DNA of 61,370 nucleotides, filler included, from Circinaria calcarea (GCA_051942165.1; 4 parts of 4 records of this genome joined end to end with filler, not necessarily neighbours in it); one strand, 5' to 3'. Counted from the first letter of the whole stretch, positions 26,784 to 39,809 are shown. Numbers and translations: made by a program. Notes: a model not told the origin generated them from the sequence alone.

Positions 26784-27769
26784 CCTCCTATCAAGAGAAG
26801 GAAGGAGGTAACCTTCGACTGTTTTTGTACAAAAGTTTTACTTTGAAAACTATCCCGTAGAAAAAGCTGTCATAGCCCTTCCCTTTAATTGCTCATCACA
26901 GTAGCCACAGCTTCTAGAATCCAGCGATCCCCGGAACTGAAAATGACTAAGGAGGAGGATAGGCAAAGTTGGGTTTCATGGGATAGATGAGGGGGGCGGG
27001 CGGATGAGGGTTGAGGAAGTTAGGGGTGTCAATGGAACACTAGATGCCCTAAAATGAAACGCGGGTTTGGTATCAGATATTCTACGGTACTTGCTTTTCC
27101 CATCCTTTTTTAGTCCCGTAGAGTGATATCTAGGTGCGAAAACGATATAGCATAGTGCGGGTGAGCGGTTTAGAGAGAGTAGTAGGATGGAGAAGCCTAG
27201 CTCGTTAGCGCTGTGGTAGCTTATTCGATGGGTAAAGGTTCGAGGTGCCCTTGATCACCTTTCATCCTTCCAAGTCGTTGTTCAAAGCGGGGAAGCTGGT
27301 CCGGGAAACTGGTTAAGTAGGGAGCTGGCTATTGTGTTCTCACGCCGGGTGGTAGAGTTGAGAAAAGAAACCTAAATTCGTGGCGGGCCGTCCAGTAAAG
27401 GGGGGCCTTCTCCGCTCAAAGTTTGGGGGTTAGGCGAGTAGCTTCTACTGCGCTAGGTTTTGTTCTCCATTTTATTAATGTGCTTGTCCATAAGTTCCCA
27501 AGTGCCTCTTATACCATTGGTCATGATGGACCAATCGATTATCTCTTCAGCTTTTCTAGGATACAAGACATATGCAAGATGTATGCATGGCTGTGTTCGC
27601 CTTGTGTGGCTGAGTGCGGGCGGTTCAGAGATTGCGATTCCATCATCTTCGCAGCCTCGACGACCTCATCTTTGTTATATCTCGGAGTCTTGTTGATGAC
27701 CTGATAATTCCTACTGGTACCGAATAATATCGTCCTTGCTGCATTCTTAGTAGTCAGTGAATCAGAAAC

Positions 27770-28902
27770 ATGAGCGACCCCCTAACGATCGCAGGTGGTA
27801 CAGTAGGAGTTATCTCTCTCAGTATACAGGTCTGCCAGGGCCTGGTCTCCTACTATGACTCTTGGAAGTCCTACGAAGAGACCTTATCCCATAACGACAT
27901 CAGGCTTGATCAACTCGAAATGAGCCTGGAGATACTCAAGAGCTCCCTATCGAGGCTTGATCCCGCAAATGTTGTAGCTGCGCAACATGTCAATGATATC
28001 ATGGTGTCATGCAAGGACGGAACAGATAATTTGAAAAAGATCCTGGATAAGTGTCGATTGGTTCAACATCCAAAAGGGCTTAGGGAACAACTTAAGGACT
28101 TTGGTCGAAAGGCGTTATTTCCCTTCAAAAAGGATACCTTGAAGTCCCTGAAGACAACAGTGACCGAGCTGCAAGGGAATATTGACAGTGCAATGCAGGT
28201 TCTCGAACTGTACATTTACCGCATTGTGATTTCTTGCTATGACTAATTTACTTCTAGAGACGTGCTGGGTAGCCATGGCCAAGCATTGAAATCGGTGGCT
28301 TCGACTTCGTCGAGGACAGAAACAGGGATCCAAGAAGTTCACACCAAACTACAATATATCGAGAATAAGCTCCAATCCTCCAATCAGACCATCCCAGTAA
28401 TACAGCAACAGACAAGTAAGATCGCAGCAAATACGTGTAGAATAGGGGATAGCCTAGAGGACATGGCTCAGAACTTAAGCAGTTTTCAAGATAATATCAT
28501 GAGTGCTGAGACTGCTGTTGCTGTCCAAATGAAACAATACCGTCAGCAAATGCAGGGATTGGTAAATAGCTTGCATACAACATCGCTGGCTGAGTTCGAA
28601 AAGCTGGTACGTATTAGAACTTGGTTGAAAGCATAGTGCTAATGCTATGAAAGAACTCGTCTATCAAGACATCACAGCTAGGTCTGGTCGGAAAGCCGGC
28701 GCTGTTCAAGGCAGTCTGCGACGAGTCCACCCAGCTGGGGTCCTTCAATGGGTATCATGACGGTTTGGATGATCCGAAAGGAGCGACAAGATCCTACCTC
28801 CGAACTTATTGCTATCTTACGAGCCAAAGATGCTTATGTCAATCAAGCATCATTTCAAAATCAACGGAGAGATCCGGCCGTCGGGGTTCTCACACGCCCT
28901 GA
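27770..28902 (+). pseudogene. Fungal STAND/NLR-type N-terminal (HeLo-like) domain gene, apparently truncated
   Basis: MSDPLTIAGGTVGVISLSIQVCQGLVSYYDSWK..KALFPFKKDTL; introns 28210-28257 and 28607-28653; exon 3 (LVGKPALFKAVCD..CLC..SHTP*) stops at 28900-28902 with no NACHT or ankyrin region. Confidence 0.6.
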
Positions 28903-28975
28903 AATGCAATTCTATTTCCGCTACAGTTAACCATGGTAAGGACTGATAGATGTGGGCCTTGGACATACCTGAGAT

Positions 28976-30165
28976 TCAGCGGGGGGTCCAATCCTCGTCT
29001 TGTTTCTCAGTCATATCGTCTGCTTTTAACTCCGCCTGTGTAAACCTTCTTTCATGTATCGGATCTAAAATCTCCGGGGGAGTCTCTTCACGCTTCCTTT
29101 TTCGCATGCCCACTTGCATCACCTTTGAAGTGCCTTGCTGCGTAGACCGCGCCTCCTCTTCTGCCTCTTTTAGATACTCCGCCAGTCGCTCGTAAGGGAT
29201 AACGATTTCAGGATCGCCGTCCTCAGGCGGGAGAGGTTCGGATAGAGGGTGAAAATGCTTCAGCGGTAGCCGCAGGCTTTGATCCATAACCGGAGTCCCA
29301 TTTGCAGTGCGAAATTCCTAAGAACGTTCAGTTCCATTTTGGTGGGCATAAAGCTATGTTTTCAGATTTACCTGGCGCTTTAGTATTTCGTTCGAGGCAA
29401 GGTATTGTCCCAGCTCATCTACACCGTACCTTGGGTACCACATCGACAGCGTAGCCTTGCTTGTTCCTCGGTAATCCAGGGATATCCCAACAACTGTACT
29501 GATGCTACCACTGGATTCCAGAATGTAATGGTCGGCAAGCCTTTCCAGTTTTTTCCCACTCTGTGTATAAGCTATCTCAATCACTAAGCTGGAATACTTG
29601 GCTCCTCTGTATCGAAATTGTATGTCAGGATCATGTCTCGCTCCATCTTCAAGGAAAATCGAGGTGGAGCGGATAGGGTGAATGTTCCTTGCTAATGTAG
29701 CTGCTGCACTGTTGCCATTTGCGATTACATCTAGCTGATTTAAAATGTCAAGCTCGATTAAACCTCCGAGACACTCGTGAACATCTGAAGGCATGCGTAT
29801 GACTAGTTCTAGCCTCTCTGGATCATAGTCGATGCTTCACCCATCAGTAATCTCACCTCTTTTGATACATCCTCGGCATACCTGACTTTATCCTCCACGT
29901 AGCTCAATAGTTCTTGATCCTCTTTTCCAAGTCGCTGCCACAATTCCTCATATTCTCCTGGTAGCAGCTTTACGGGATTCCAAGGTTTCTCTAATTTGAA
30001 AGCACAACGGTCTTTCAGTAACTGAATCGCTTCGGAGATGCGTGACGACGGCTTATCCTCCGAGGATATAGGTGACGGTGGGTACTCAACGCGAGGTTCT
30101 GGCGATTTCGAGTTTTGCGAAACGACTGATCCCCTGCGAGTATAGCTATATGACGAGGCTTGCAT
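28976..30165 (-). CDS. PD-(D/E)XK / Uma2-like restriction-endonuclease-fold protein (3 exons)
   Basis: Introns 29835-29881 and 29318-29371 give IDYDPERLELVIRMPSDVHE...HDPDIQF...LVIEIAYTQ..KKLERLADHYI. Confidence 0.72.
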
Positions 30166-30644
30166 GACAAGTCTGTAGGATGGAAATATAGTGAGACCTA
30201 AGGGCAGGAAAGGTTACCGCGAAGGAAGTACCTCAAGGAGAAGTTAAGAAGAAGTTGGCTCAGTGCAAGCTCGGAATGGCCTCAGCCTTCTTTCGTACTA
30301 GCTTCGCAGAAGAAGATTATTCCGATCCCCGATGTAAATCGTCTAATTCATTATGTTGCAAAAAGTTGTCACGTGGCAATTGATTGTATCTGATATTTAG
30401 GTAAAGCTTGCCGAAGCTTAAAAATCGCGCTTGTGGAGAAAGTTTAGCTCCTTTTCAATTCGCTATACTTGCGTAAACACGGATTTTGGGGGACATTACT
30501 TACATGACGCTATATTTGGAGTAGGCGCTTTCTAAGCCATGTACAAACATTCTCCCCATGTACCCTAACACAGCGCGACCTATTCTACACACCTACCTAA
30601 ATGTCCACCACCGAACCGTCTCAACTCCCGCGATCCCCATCCCC

Positions 30645-30744
30645 NNNNNNNNNNNNNNNNNNNNNNNNNNNNNNNNNNNNNNNNNNNNTTAATTAATTAA
30701 NNNNNNNNNNNNNNNNNNNNNNNNNNNNNNNNNNNNNNNNNNNN
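30645..30744. other. Artificial contig-joining spacer
   Basis: N44-TTAATTAATTAA-N44. Confidence 0.98.
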
Positions 30745-30886
30745 GGGTAGCTGTGGGGGCGAGACCAAGGGAACGGGAGCCAAGGAAAAGGAAAAGGCCA
30801 GTTCCCTGGCGATGCTGAGGGGGGTAATCGATAGTGCCGTCAGGAGAAAAGGGAAGGGAGGAGGTGGTGGTGGTGGTGGTGAATAA
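30745..30886 (+). CDS. Possible 3' end of an unidentified gene cut by contig start
   Basis: Open frame GSCGGETKGTGAKEKEKASSLAMLRGVIDSAVRRKGKG(n)E*, followed by simple-repeat 3'-UTR-like DNA. Confidence 0.3.
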
Positions 30887-31927
30887 GTTTCAAGGTCGTA
30901 GCCTGGTAGTAGGAGAAGTAGGAATTCGAATAGGAAAAAGGGCAAGGGGGCGATGAGAGAGAGCATGAGATGAGATGAGATGAGATGGATACTGCATAGG
31001 TACTAGTGCACTGCACTGCAGCGATGAACATCCATAAAGTAAAGTAAAATTACCTTACTCCCTGTCTATCCGAAAAAATAGATCCGAAAATAAAATCCCC
31101 TTATCTTTCTTCCTTCTTTCACAATGTATTCTCAATGTATGTACCTGGGGCGATCCCGATCCCGATCCCGAATCAAACCCCGAATCAAAATCCAAACCAA
31201 GCTACGCACTCAAACCAAGCCACGCACAAGGTATGAGGCAACGAGAGGGCATACGATATACGATATGCGGTATCGGGTATCCCCTCCATCTTTGGTATTC
31301 TTTCCTTTCATTTTCTATTTCTTTCCTTTTCTTTTCAAAGAAAAAAAATGGTATTCCATCTAAAATAAAATAAAATACATGCATATCTCTCTCTCTGGTT
31401 TTCTAGTTTTTTTCTCAAGTTTTCTCTCTCTCAAAAAAGAAAAGGGGTCGTTAAAATGAAATACGATATTTCCATAAAGCTAAAGAGAGTAGGTATTCCG
31501 TAAAGGTTATTCGCTGGCTCGCTTGGTTCGGAGACAAGTATAAGGATAAGGGAAAAAGCCGACTCTACCTACGGCCGCCCGCAACCCTCCCCCTTCCCGG
31601 ATTTTTCTTTGTCAAAAGTGGGTATGGTAATGCGACAAACAACCGATTTAAAAGAAGCCCATGCAAGCCAGCTTATCAAGTCTTTCCCGAGCAAGTGCAC
31701 CTGTCACCTGCACCTTGTACCCCGACCGCGCATGCATGCATACAAAGGCCACCATGCATGCAAAACCTAAAATCCATGCAATGCACGGGCGGGAAGCCTA
31801 AGGGAAATCACCCTGCAGATCCACCGAGCAAATGCTACGATATTCATCATCATCGAAAAGATGACATTGAATCCCCAATCTTGCAATCTCCGACCCTCAC
31901 ACAGCACCCAAATCGGTTTTAACAGAC

Positions 31928-34820
31928 TCACAACTCAGGCTTTCCCATCTCTTCGACAGCTTGCAGAATCGCCTTCATCTTTTGCGGGTCGGTTTCTTGC
32001 TCGAGGAACTTCAACCCCTCCCTCGCCTTACCGCCGCAAGCTCTCCCGAGAGTCAAAAAGGCAAAGTGGCCTCCGACGACGGGTCTGGCGAAGAAATTGG
32101 GGCCGGGGAAACCCCCATCGCCTTCCGTATTGTGGAGGTCTGTGAATGGACGGTCTGAATGGAAGCGATGTTAGCAAGTCTACTACCTCTGCAGGTCTGG
32201 CGCCAGATGCGTCTCCGGAGATCTAGTGGAAGTGAATCAACGTACCGGTTACTGTTTCATTAACCCAAAGCGCTACACTCTCTAGGATCTCCGCTCGAAC
32301 GTTCTCACTTGAGACTGCCGCAGTGAAAAACTCCCAATCGGTCTTCGTGTACAAATGTCGACTATCAAGCGGTAGGCCATACTTTTGACGAACAGCGTGA
32401 TACCAGTCGCTTTGCATTTTGTAGATGTGCTGCGGTACAAAGCCAGTCTTATTTTTAATTGGGCCATCACCTGGGAGTGGTTTCTGATCGCCATGACCAA
32501 AGGCGCCGAACGACGGCGAAGTGACAGAGGGAGAAGAGTCACCATCGAGATGGAAACACAGAAGAGAATCCGCAAACAGGCTGTAGAGGGTAGTCCATGA
32601 GCCATACCAGTCATAAGCCAGCTTGGCATGAGTGCCATCCCGTGAAATGGCAAGTTCTTCCCACTTGTCGATGTAGACATCCGATATATTCTAAACCGAT
32701 GTTAATACCAGTGTTTCGATTATATATTTAAGGACTTTTACCTTGTAGTGTTTGGCATCCTCCGTCTCTCCTACAAGATCGGCCATCTCGCTCATAGATT
32801 TGATACCAATAATACCCTTGAGAGCAAGATTAGCTTGGAGAGCCAGCCAGCCGGCAAAATCATCGGTGGAGACTATTCAATGTCAGAAACTAGACGACGT
32901 TTTTAGGTACCAGCACTTACGCTGATTGTGTGGTTCCAGTGTAAATTCGACAAGATACCCAGTCCACTGCTTCCAGAGGCTGTAGCTCTTCATCACCCAT
33001 TTCTTTGCCTGTTTTATTCCTTTATCTGATCCACCCCAACGATCATCGATGCCAAAAATATCGTCCTGTACTCCCAACTGTGTAAGCGCAAAGGGACTGT
33101 TCTCCGGATCAGAATCCATAATGTCTGAGCCGGAACTCGACCAAACCGAGCCAGCAGCGACCCCGGTCTCGTATATCAAACTGTTAACAAGTGCGAGGCC
33201 CATAGTGAGCATATCTCCACACTCTTCGACTGGCATGTACTCATCATTCCCGTCTGGATGCCCTGTAGCGTTGGGAAAATGGGTCCCGAGATCGTGCATG
33301 GAATACGTGTTTGAGTATTGTCCGCTAAGCATGTGTTCGATCAACGGTTCGAGTAAATATGCCAGCCATCTGGGATTGGTGTAGAGGAAGAACGGGAAAG
33401 ACGGGAAGATCACGTCAACGGTCTGAAAGTTGCCATTTGAAGAAATCTCTTTCAAAAACAGGATTGGGTTCTCGGGGGTTCCTGAAAAGCTGGTCGCTCC
33501 CATGGCTTGACGTGCAGACAAGGCAACAATATCTACATAATCTTCTGCACCTGATGCATAGGCGTCTATAGCAAGCTGCCTGGAGTAATTCGCGGCGAGA
33601 GTTGCAGCGTTTTCGTAATCAAAGTGGTGGAATGTCAGCATCGCCTCGTCAGAAGGGAACCACGCCTTCCAAAGAGGTTTCATGAAAGTCAAGCCTCTTG
33701 CAGCAGCATACTGTACTACCGGGTCTTGGACATGAGCAATCGTAAAGAGGACACTGTCAGTCGAAGATACCGATTCGTTCAGCTTGAAGGATTTGGCAAA
33801 TGCAAAGACAGGCTCTTCATCCATTATGCTGCGATAATTGTCATCGATTTCATTTTGCAGAGTGCCCGTCTTCGAGAATGCTCGACGCAATAATGCAGAT
33901 GTTCCAGATTCGTGGCGTACGTCCTGTAGGTCATTAGTGCAAATCACTATCAGCATTTTATGAGAACTTACCGATGGAGCAGTAAAGTGCAGAGTTCCCC
34001 ACTCAGCCCGATCTTGGTACTCGGTCAACATCTGCTCAGTCTCTCTTCGTACTTTCCATGTCTTGAGGCCTTTGTCGTTGTTGGCGGTTTGGGTTTCGTG
34101 TAGATCCCACACCACTCGACTTCCTCGATCTCCGCTGACCCACTGTCCGTTAAGGTCAACGTATATATCCACGTCGAAATTGCCCTTGACATGCACCGTC
34201 AAATATGAAGCGGGTAGAGCTTGTCGAAGAGTAGAAGTGGGCGTGATAGGGGAAAGAAAGGAGAGTACTATCTCGAGTGCTTCGGTGGATTTTGAGTAGG
34301 ACGGGGGAGCCGGGATGGAATACGTCAGGTTGGTCGTGGAGGCATCATAATGGGCACCTAAGTACGTTGGGAAGGAGACGTTGAAGCTCGACGGGAATTA
34401 GCGACGAATGTATTGTTAGGAAGGTAAAGACCTACCCATTGTCTTCATGAAGTGGTCCTAACGAGTCCTGTGGTCTCCCCAGCAGAGGGTAAACGTATTT
34501 CGAATCGGAGACGGTTGCCAGTACCGAGAAGCCAACCTACCACGCTCATCGGTTAGTACTAATGCTCTTCATCGAGACCCAAGCCTGATGCCTTGAAGGC
34601 CCGTGGACCATTCAATAGCGGCGACGAAACGTACCTCTTGACCTGTCCAGAACATCGGCCATTTGGTCCATGGTTCTTCTCGCGCATCAGCGAGCCAGGT
34701 GCTGAGGTAGGGATTTCGGACGATGAGCGGAAGCACTGGCGGATGTAATTTTGAGGCTCCACATGAGCTGCTGAAGAGTGCTAAAGCAGCAGCAACGGCC
34801 GCCGAGCAGAGGCGCAGCAT
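31928..34820 (-). CDS. gtaA: GtaA-type secreted glutaminase-family protein (DUF5127/DUF4965/DUF1793)
   Basis: Signal peptide, PLIVRNPYLSTW, FLKEISSNGNFQTVDVIFP, HDLGTHFPNATGH..EYMPVEECG, YGLPLDSRHLYTKTDW, FFARPVVGGHFA; ends KPEL*. Confidence 0.92.
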
Positions 34821-36027
34821 GGTACTTTGTCTTTGGTCCTACGGAGGCTTGAAGGAGAAGGAGAAGAATAAGAGTGGGATCCAGGCGTCAGTTCATCCGC
34901 ACAAAGGGTTCAGGCCTTTTCGCACACTCGAGATTCAACGGAGAGGGGGAGGAATTTTGGGGATGGCCAGTAATAAGGTGCCAGCGGATGTTGTCAGCGG
35001 ACGGACGGCACCAGGCTGGACTCTCACGATTTCTTTTTGTCCATCACACGATCTCATCAGCTGCATGTACAATTTTGCCGAGGGCATGCGGCCTAATGCG
35101 ACGTGATGTAGCCCCGGGGTTCCAACGGGAAATAGTTGTTAGCGCGAGACTCGAGACCCCTGTTCACTCCACCACAATCACGTCCAGTCCCAGGCGGATC
35201 AGAGCGATGGTTTGGATGATATCTTCCGGCCTCCCTGCCATTTCTTCCCATAACTTTAGAGCGCGAAACAGAGTCATTGCAAGGGTTGCGAAAGAACTGC
35301 GCTAATAGCCTTTACCCATCGGTCCCTGCATGTCCCTGTCGATCACTGGCAAGCCCCGGGGATCAGGGCCTCCGCGTGACCCTATCTACTCCGCGGCACG
35401 GTACAGATACTTCGTATATGTGAGATGAAGTCAATCTGGAAGGCCGGCCGGACGGGGAACAGCTTCCGACTGGCAGGATGCCTGGTACCATTTCCAGGTA
35501 CTATGGTGATGGAGAAAAGTCGTCAGAGGGATGTAAGAGCCGTATCTGCATTCATTGTATGGACGAACTTAGCCGTCTCCCTACTAGATTTGCCACAGGG
35601 CTGAGCACTCTCTCTACGTTCAGAGTATCTCCCAATGTTACTGGAAGTATGTCATCCGTTCAAATCATTCCACCAGTAGAAACATCGTCACCTGATAGGT
35701 ACCATGGAGGTCGCTAAAGGCCCTGAATTAGAATAAAGCTTATACCATAATCGTTCCATTTTCTGATTGGCTTCAATCTACTTGCATTTTTCCAAGTTCC
35801 AACTAGTCTGGATTTGGTGCGTCATCACGGAATGAGCGACGCGAGTTCGGAGTACCTGCTGTGCTGGATTATAGTGCCTCGCCTTAACTACCGTTGGCTA
35901 AGGTCTGGTGGTGTTCGTCGAACAATGTTTCCAACACTTGACTGTCCTGGTTGTCGCTTGCTGTCTATACTCGCGGTCTCCATTTGATTCGTTGCATACA
36001 CTAAGCTCTTGCTTCCATTCTGTATAA

Positions 36028-37844
36028 ATGAAGAAGCTACTTGGCAAAGCCAAGGCCTCCATGGCAGACCTAGCAGATAAGCATGCTTCAAGCCCCGCCG
36101 AGGGATACTCCCAAGAGCAGGTTCCAATTCAAGATAACGTGTCATCGGAGATCCGACCTCCCACCCAGCTGGACGTGCTACGGTACCGCTACCACCATGG
36201 GGCCAACCTCGGGGGCATCTTTGTTTTGGAAAAGTGGCTCTACGGCAGTATGTTCGAGCCGGAAGCAAAGGGAGGAAGTGAACTCGACGCCGTGTCTGCG
36301 TATGTAACATGTCCTCCGTCTCCTAACTCAATACTTACCGAGGCCACTTGGCAGATCCATCGCTGTTCGTGGTGTGGACGCTACACGGGAGAAGTGGGAA
36401 GCTCACTGGTCCTCGGCTCTCTCCGACCATCCCGACTTAGATTTCCTGGCTGCCTATTGCACCTCAGTTCGACTACCCATTGGATTCTTCACGCTCGGCA
36501 GATTCTTTACGGCACAGACTCCATTCCATGGAGAGATTTTCAAAGTGTATGATAATGCCTGGGCGGCAGTCAAGATTCTCTGCTCTCGTCTGCACAAGGC
36601 TGGTATCGGAACTCTCATCGGTAAGTATATGTTACGATATAGAATTCTCATCATCTTTATTTTTAGGACAGATAGTCTTCTCTACAATCATTACATGATG
36701 GACGAGCGCCTTTTCATTCCGTCTCCTCTCTAACTGATATTCAGACCTCCATGCTCTCCCTGGCGGAGCCAATGATCAACTCCATTCGGGCACTTCGAGC
36801 GGGAAAGCCGAATTGTGGGGTAACAGCGGGTATCTCAATGCCGCAAGACGGTGTGTCCAGTTCATAGCAACTGAAGTCAAGTATGGGCAAGTCCCCGGTT
36901 GCATTGGGATTCAGCTTTGCAACGAAGCCGAATACGGAGCCAGAGGAATGTACGATTGGTATACCGATGTTATCAAGGAATTATCCCTTCTCGACTCCAG
37001 TATCCCAGTCTATATCAGTGATGCATGGGATCTGGATACTGCCCTAACCTGGGCCTCTAAGCACAACAGCACAGGCACTTCGACTTGTCCTATTTTCGTA
37101 GATACACACAAGTATTACACATTTTCCGAAGCAGACAAAGCCCAGTCACCACATCAGATAATAGCCCGCATTCCCTCCGAACTAAGTGAAGTGGCATCCA
37201 GAGTCGGTGATGTCTTTGGCCGTGGAGCCACCGAGGCTGTAGTTGGGGAATGGAGCTGCGTGCTTGATCGCGAGACTTGGGCCAAGGTGGATGCCGCCAA
37301 CCGTGAAACGCTTCTACGCGAATTCGGCGACGCTCAGTGCCAACAATGGAGGAAGAACTCGGCAGGAAGCTTCTACTGGACCGCAAAAATGGACTGGATG
37401 GACGGTGGAGAATGGGGATTCTTCGAAATGACCAAGAAGCGTACCATCAGTCCTCCGCCAGAACTCCTCCTCTCCTTCGACGCTGTTCGAACCCGAATCG
37501 ACCAAGCAATGCAACAACGTGAGAGCCTCCGAACCCAAGCATATTCGGCTCACGAGGAATACTGGACCCGGGTATCTCCCAAAAACTATTTCGAGCACTG
37601 GCGGTACGGGATCGGATGGGACCTTGGTTTCTCTGACGCGCAGACGTTTTTCGGCATGAGAGCGAACGGAAGCTTACCCGGACCGAAAATGGGAGGGGAC
37701 TCGATCGGGGCTCTGGATGGGTGGATCAGAAAAAGGGCGAGGGAGGGTGGGATCGAAGGGGATTTCGCATGGGAGTGGGAACAGGGGTTTAGGCAGGGAG
37801 TACGCCATTTTGAAGGGTGTGCAGGCATCGGGAATGCCAAATAG
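36028..37844 (+). CDS. Glycoside hydrolase family 5, cytosolic glucan 1,3-beta-glucosidase-like
   Basis: RYRYHHGANLGGIFVLEKW, SVRLPIGFF, DLHALPGGAN, IQLCNEA (acid/base), VDTHKYY, VVGEWS (nucleophile); introns ~36300-36354 and 36621-36744; no signal peptide. Confidence 0.93.
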
Positions 37845-38339
37845 CAGAGATTAAAGTCTCCGATCTAAAAATTCCACAAGTCCCTCCCCTTGTATGATAT
37901 GAAGTATATATGAGCTCTCCCCTAAACGGTGAGGACAAGTAGCACTTGGATACGCTACTTACCGTATCCCGATTATCATTGCAGTCATTCTTTTCCTTGA
38001 ATATATCAGCAGCTACAGCATGCATTAGATTGGTTAGGGCACTGATTTAGTTTTCTCTCCCAAACAAACTGCCAACTTCTTCGGCTTTGCGATACGGCAC
38101 TGTCAGCGCATTTCTTCATCTGGGAGAACAGAAATCAATAGTGCCGTGCTCTCAGATATGAGGTCGGAATTATCTGAATGAGTTCAGGCAATACCGAAAA
38201 TGGTGGCAATGGCTTATTTAGATGAATATGAATATACGGATCTCCTGGAACACGACGAAGTATGCAGGAAGAACTGGAATATAAAAAAGATAAAGAAAAA
38301 TAAAATAATAATCTTCCCGACGGAGCGAAAACCAGTGCA

Positions 38340-38847
38340 GAGATTGTTAAATTATACGAATTAGAAGGTTATTGAAAACTAGTTTTTGACGTCAGGCCTC
38401 ACGAATGGGCTAATAGTTTCAACCTCGGAATAAGTCGATAAAGCTCGACGATTATTATATACCTGGAAAAATTGTTTCATCACGAATTTAAAGGGTTTAA
38501 AAGCTACTAACTTAGTCGAGCATGCGACCAACTTGAAACTCGGGTTAAAACCAGTAATAGTGTAAGGCCGTAGAATACTTTACTTGTAAAGTATCTAAAG
38601 CTAAGGTATGTGGTAATGTGAGGCACGAGCAATACGATGGCTATACGCAGTGTGTGCGAGAACTAATCATTCCAGAGGAAGAAGTGTGCGAGTGAAAGGT
38701 TTTCACTATACGCCAAGACGCCAACTAAACGAGGTATCGCCACCCCCTAACCGTAGGGCCTGACAAATAGGGAGATTACTATTATACACCTTAAGGGAAA
38801 GGGAGTTCGCCAATAAGATCTTCCCAGAGATGGAGGACGCAGGCATT
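38340..38847 (+). mobile_element. Degenerate Ty3/gypsy pol fragment (region just upstream of RT)
   Basis: After removing the nested insert one frame reads *VDKARRLLYTWKNCF...KATNLVEHATNLKLGLKPVIGRLLLYTLREREFANKIFPEMEDAGI, with in-frame TAG (38380) and TAA (38431). Confidence 0.8.
38561..38765. mobile_element. Solo LTR (205 bp) nested in the gypsy fragment
   Basis: TGTAAGGCC...GGCCTGACA termini (8/9 inverted match) flanked by 5-bp target duplication AATAG at 38556-38560 and 38766-38770. Confidence 0.9.
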
Positions 38848-39217
38848 CCACTCAAATTTTTTGGCAGTAGAAAATCAATGAACAGATCACGCACCGAGTA
38901 GCTATGATTTACTGAATTCCTACGAAAGCTTTCTCAACACTCAAGATAAAATCTTTTGTGTCATGCAATAAATTGTTTTTCTAATCGAGTAAAATACTAA
39001 ACCCTAATCAAGCGAAAATCTAATTTTTTTGGAGGCCGAAAGAAAGGCCAGAGTGCATAAATTTTATTCGGTTCGGAAAATCTTGCGCCGATAGTAACCC
39101 CTTCCACCTTTTTTTTTTTTTATCTCAGGGCATTCCAAACTCGGCAACTTCCAATCTTGTATATAATTCTCGCGCTATTTTCCCCTTAACTCTCTATCCA
39201 GAATTTCTTTAGCCACA

Positions 39218-39809
39218 ATGTTTGGTTTTAAATATCCTTTCTCCCTATATCTCCTTTCCTTACCGACTAACCCAACTTCTAACCTATCCCAGGTAAAAAC
39301 CCCCTTGACACCCGCGCCTTCCTCGTCTTCCAACGCCTCCACCGCTTCCTCCAAACCCTTAACGTGCTTTGGCCCTCATCGCTGGCGCGTCCGTCGGTGT
39401 GCTCACCTTCCCCAAATTCCATCCCCCAGCCACATCCGTCGTTCGAGCCGCCGAAGGCCTACTCATAAGCTCCGCCTCAATCCCCGTTGTGTCAATCATG
39501 TTAGCGACTATGCTTTTGTTCTGGTATGAGGATTATGAAACGGCGACGAGGATGGATCTCGCGGTGCTGTGGTCGCCGTTGGTGTTGCTTGACTGGTCGA
39601 TTGTGGCGCTCCTCCTAGGAATACTCCTGTGGTATGTCGATAATTGCCCCGAGGTGGCGTCAACTTCCATGATTGTTTTTGTGGGGCTTCTGCTCGGCTA
39701 TACGATCTGGATTAGTTTGGCAATGTGGACTACTATGAGTCAGAAAGGGGGGTTAGGGCGTGAAGAGCTGCTGGTAGCTGCGAAGGAGAAACGGATTACG
39801 AGCAAGTGA
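39218..39809 (+). pseudogene. Small 4-TM membrane protein gene with a 1-nt frameshift
   Basis: MFG/KNPLDTRAFLVFQRLHRFLQTLNV (putative intron 39225-39292, weak GTTTTA donor) is out of frame by one base with LALIAGASVGVLTF...LAVLWSPLVLLDWSI. Confidence 0.55.

Noticed and set aside
27225..27260. tRNA-like GGTTCGA T-loop motifs (also ~15662)
   Set aside because: No cloverleaf stems or A-box could be built around them
30601..30644. Possible gene start MSTTEPSQLPRSPSP at contig end
   Set aside because: Only ~14 codons before the spacer; cannot be supported
36621..36744. Intronic C/D snoRNA or stwintron in the 124-nt GH5 intron
   Set aside because: ATGATGG is not a full C box, it is only ~40 nt from CTGA, there is no terminal stem, and the internal AG does not regenerate a donor
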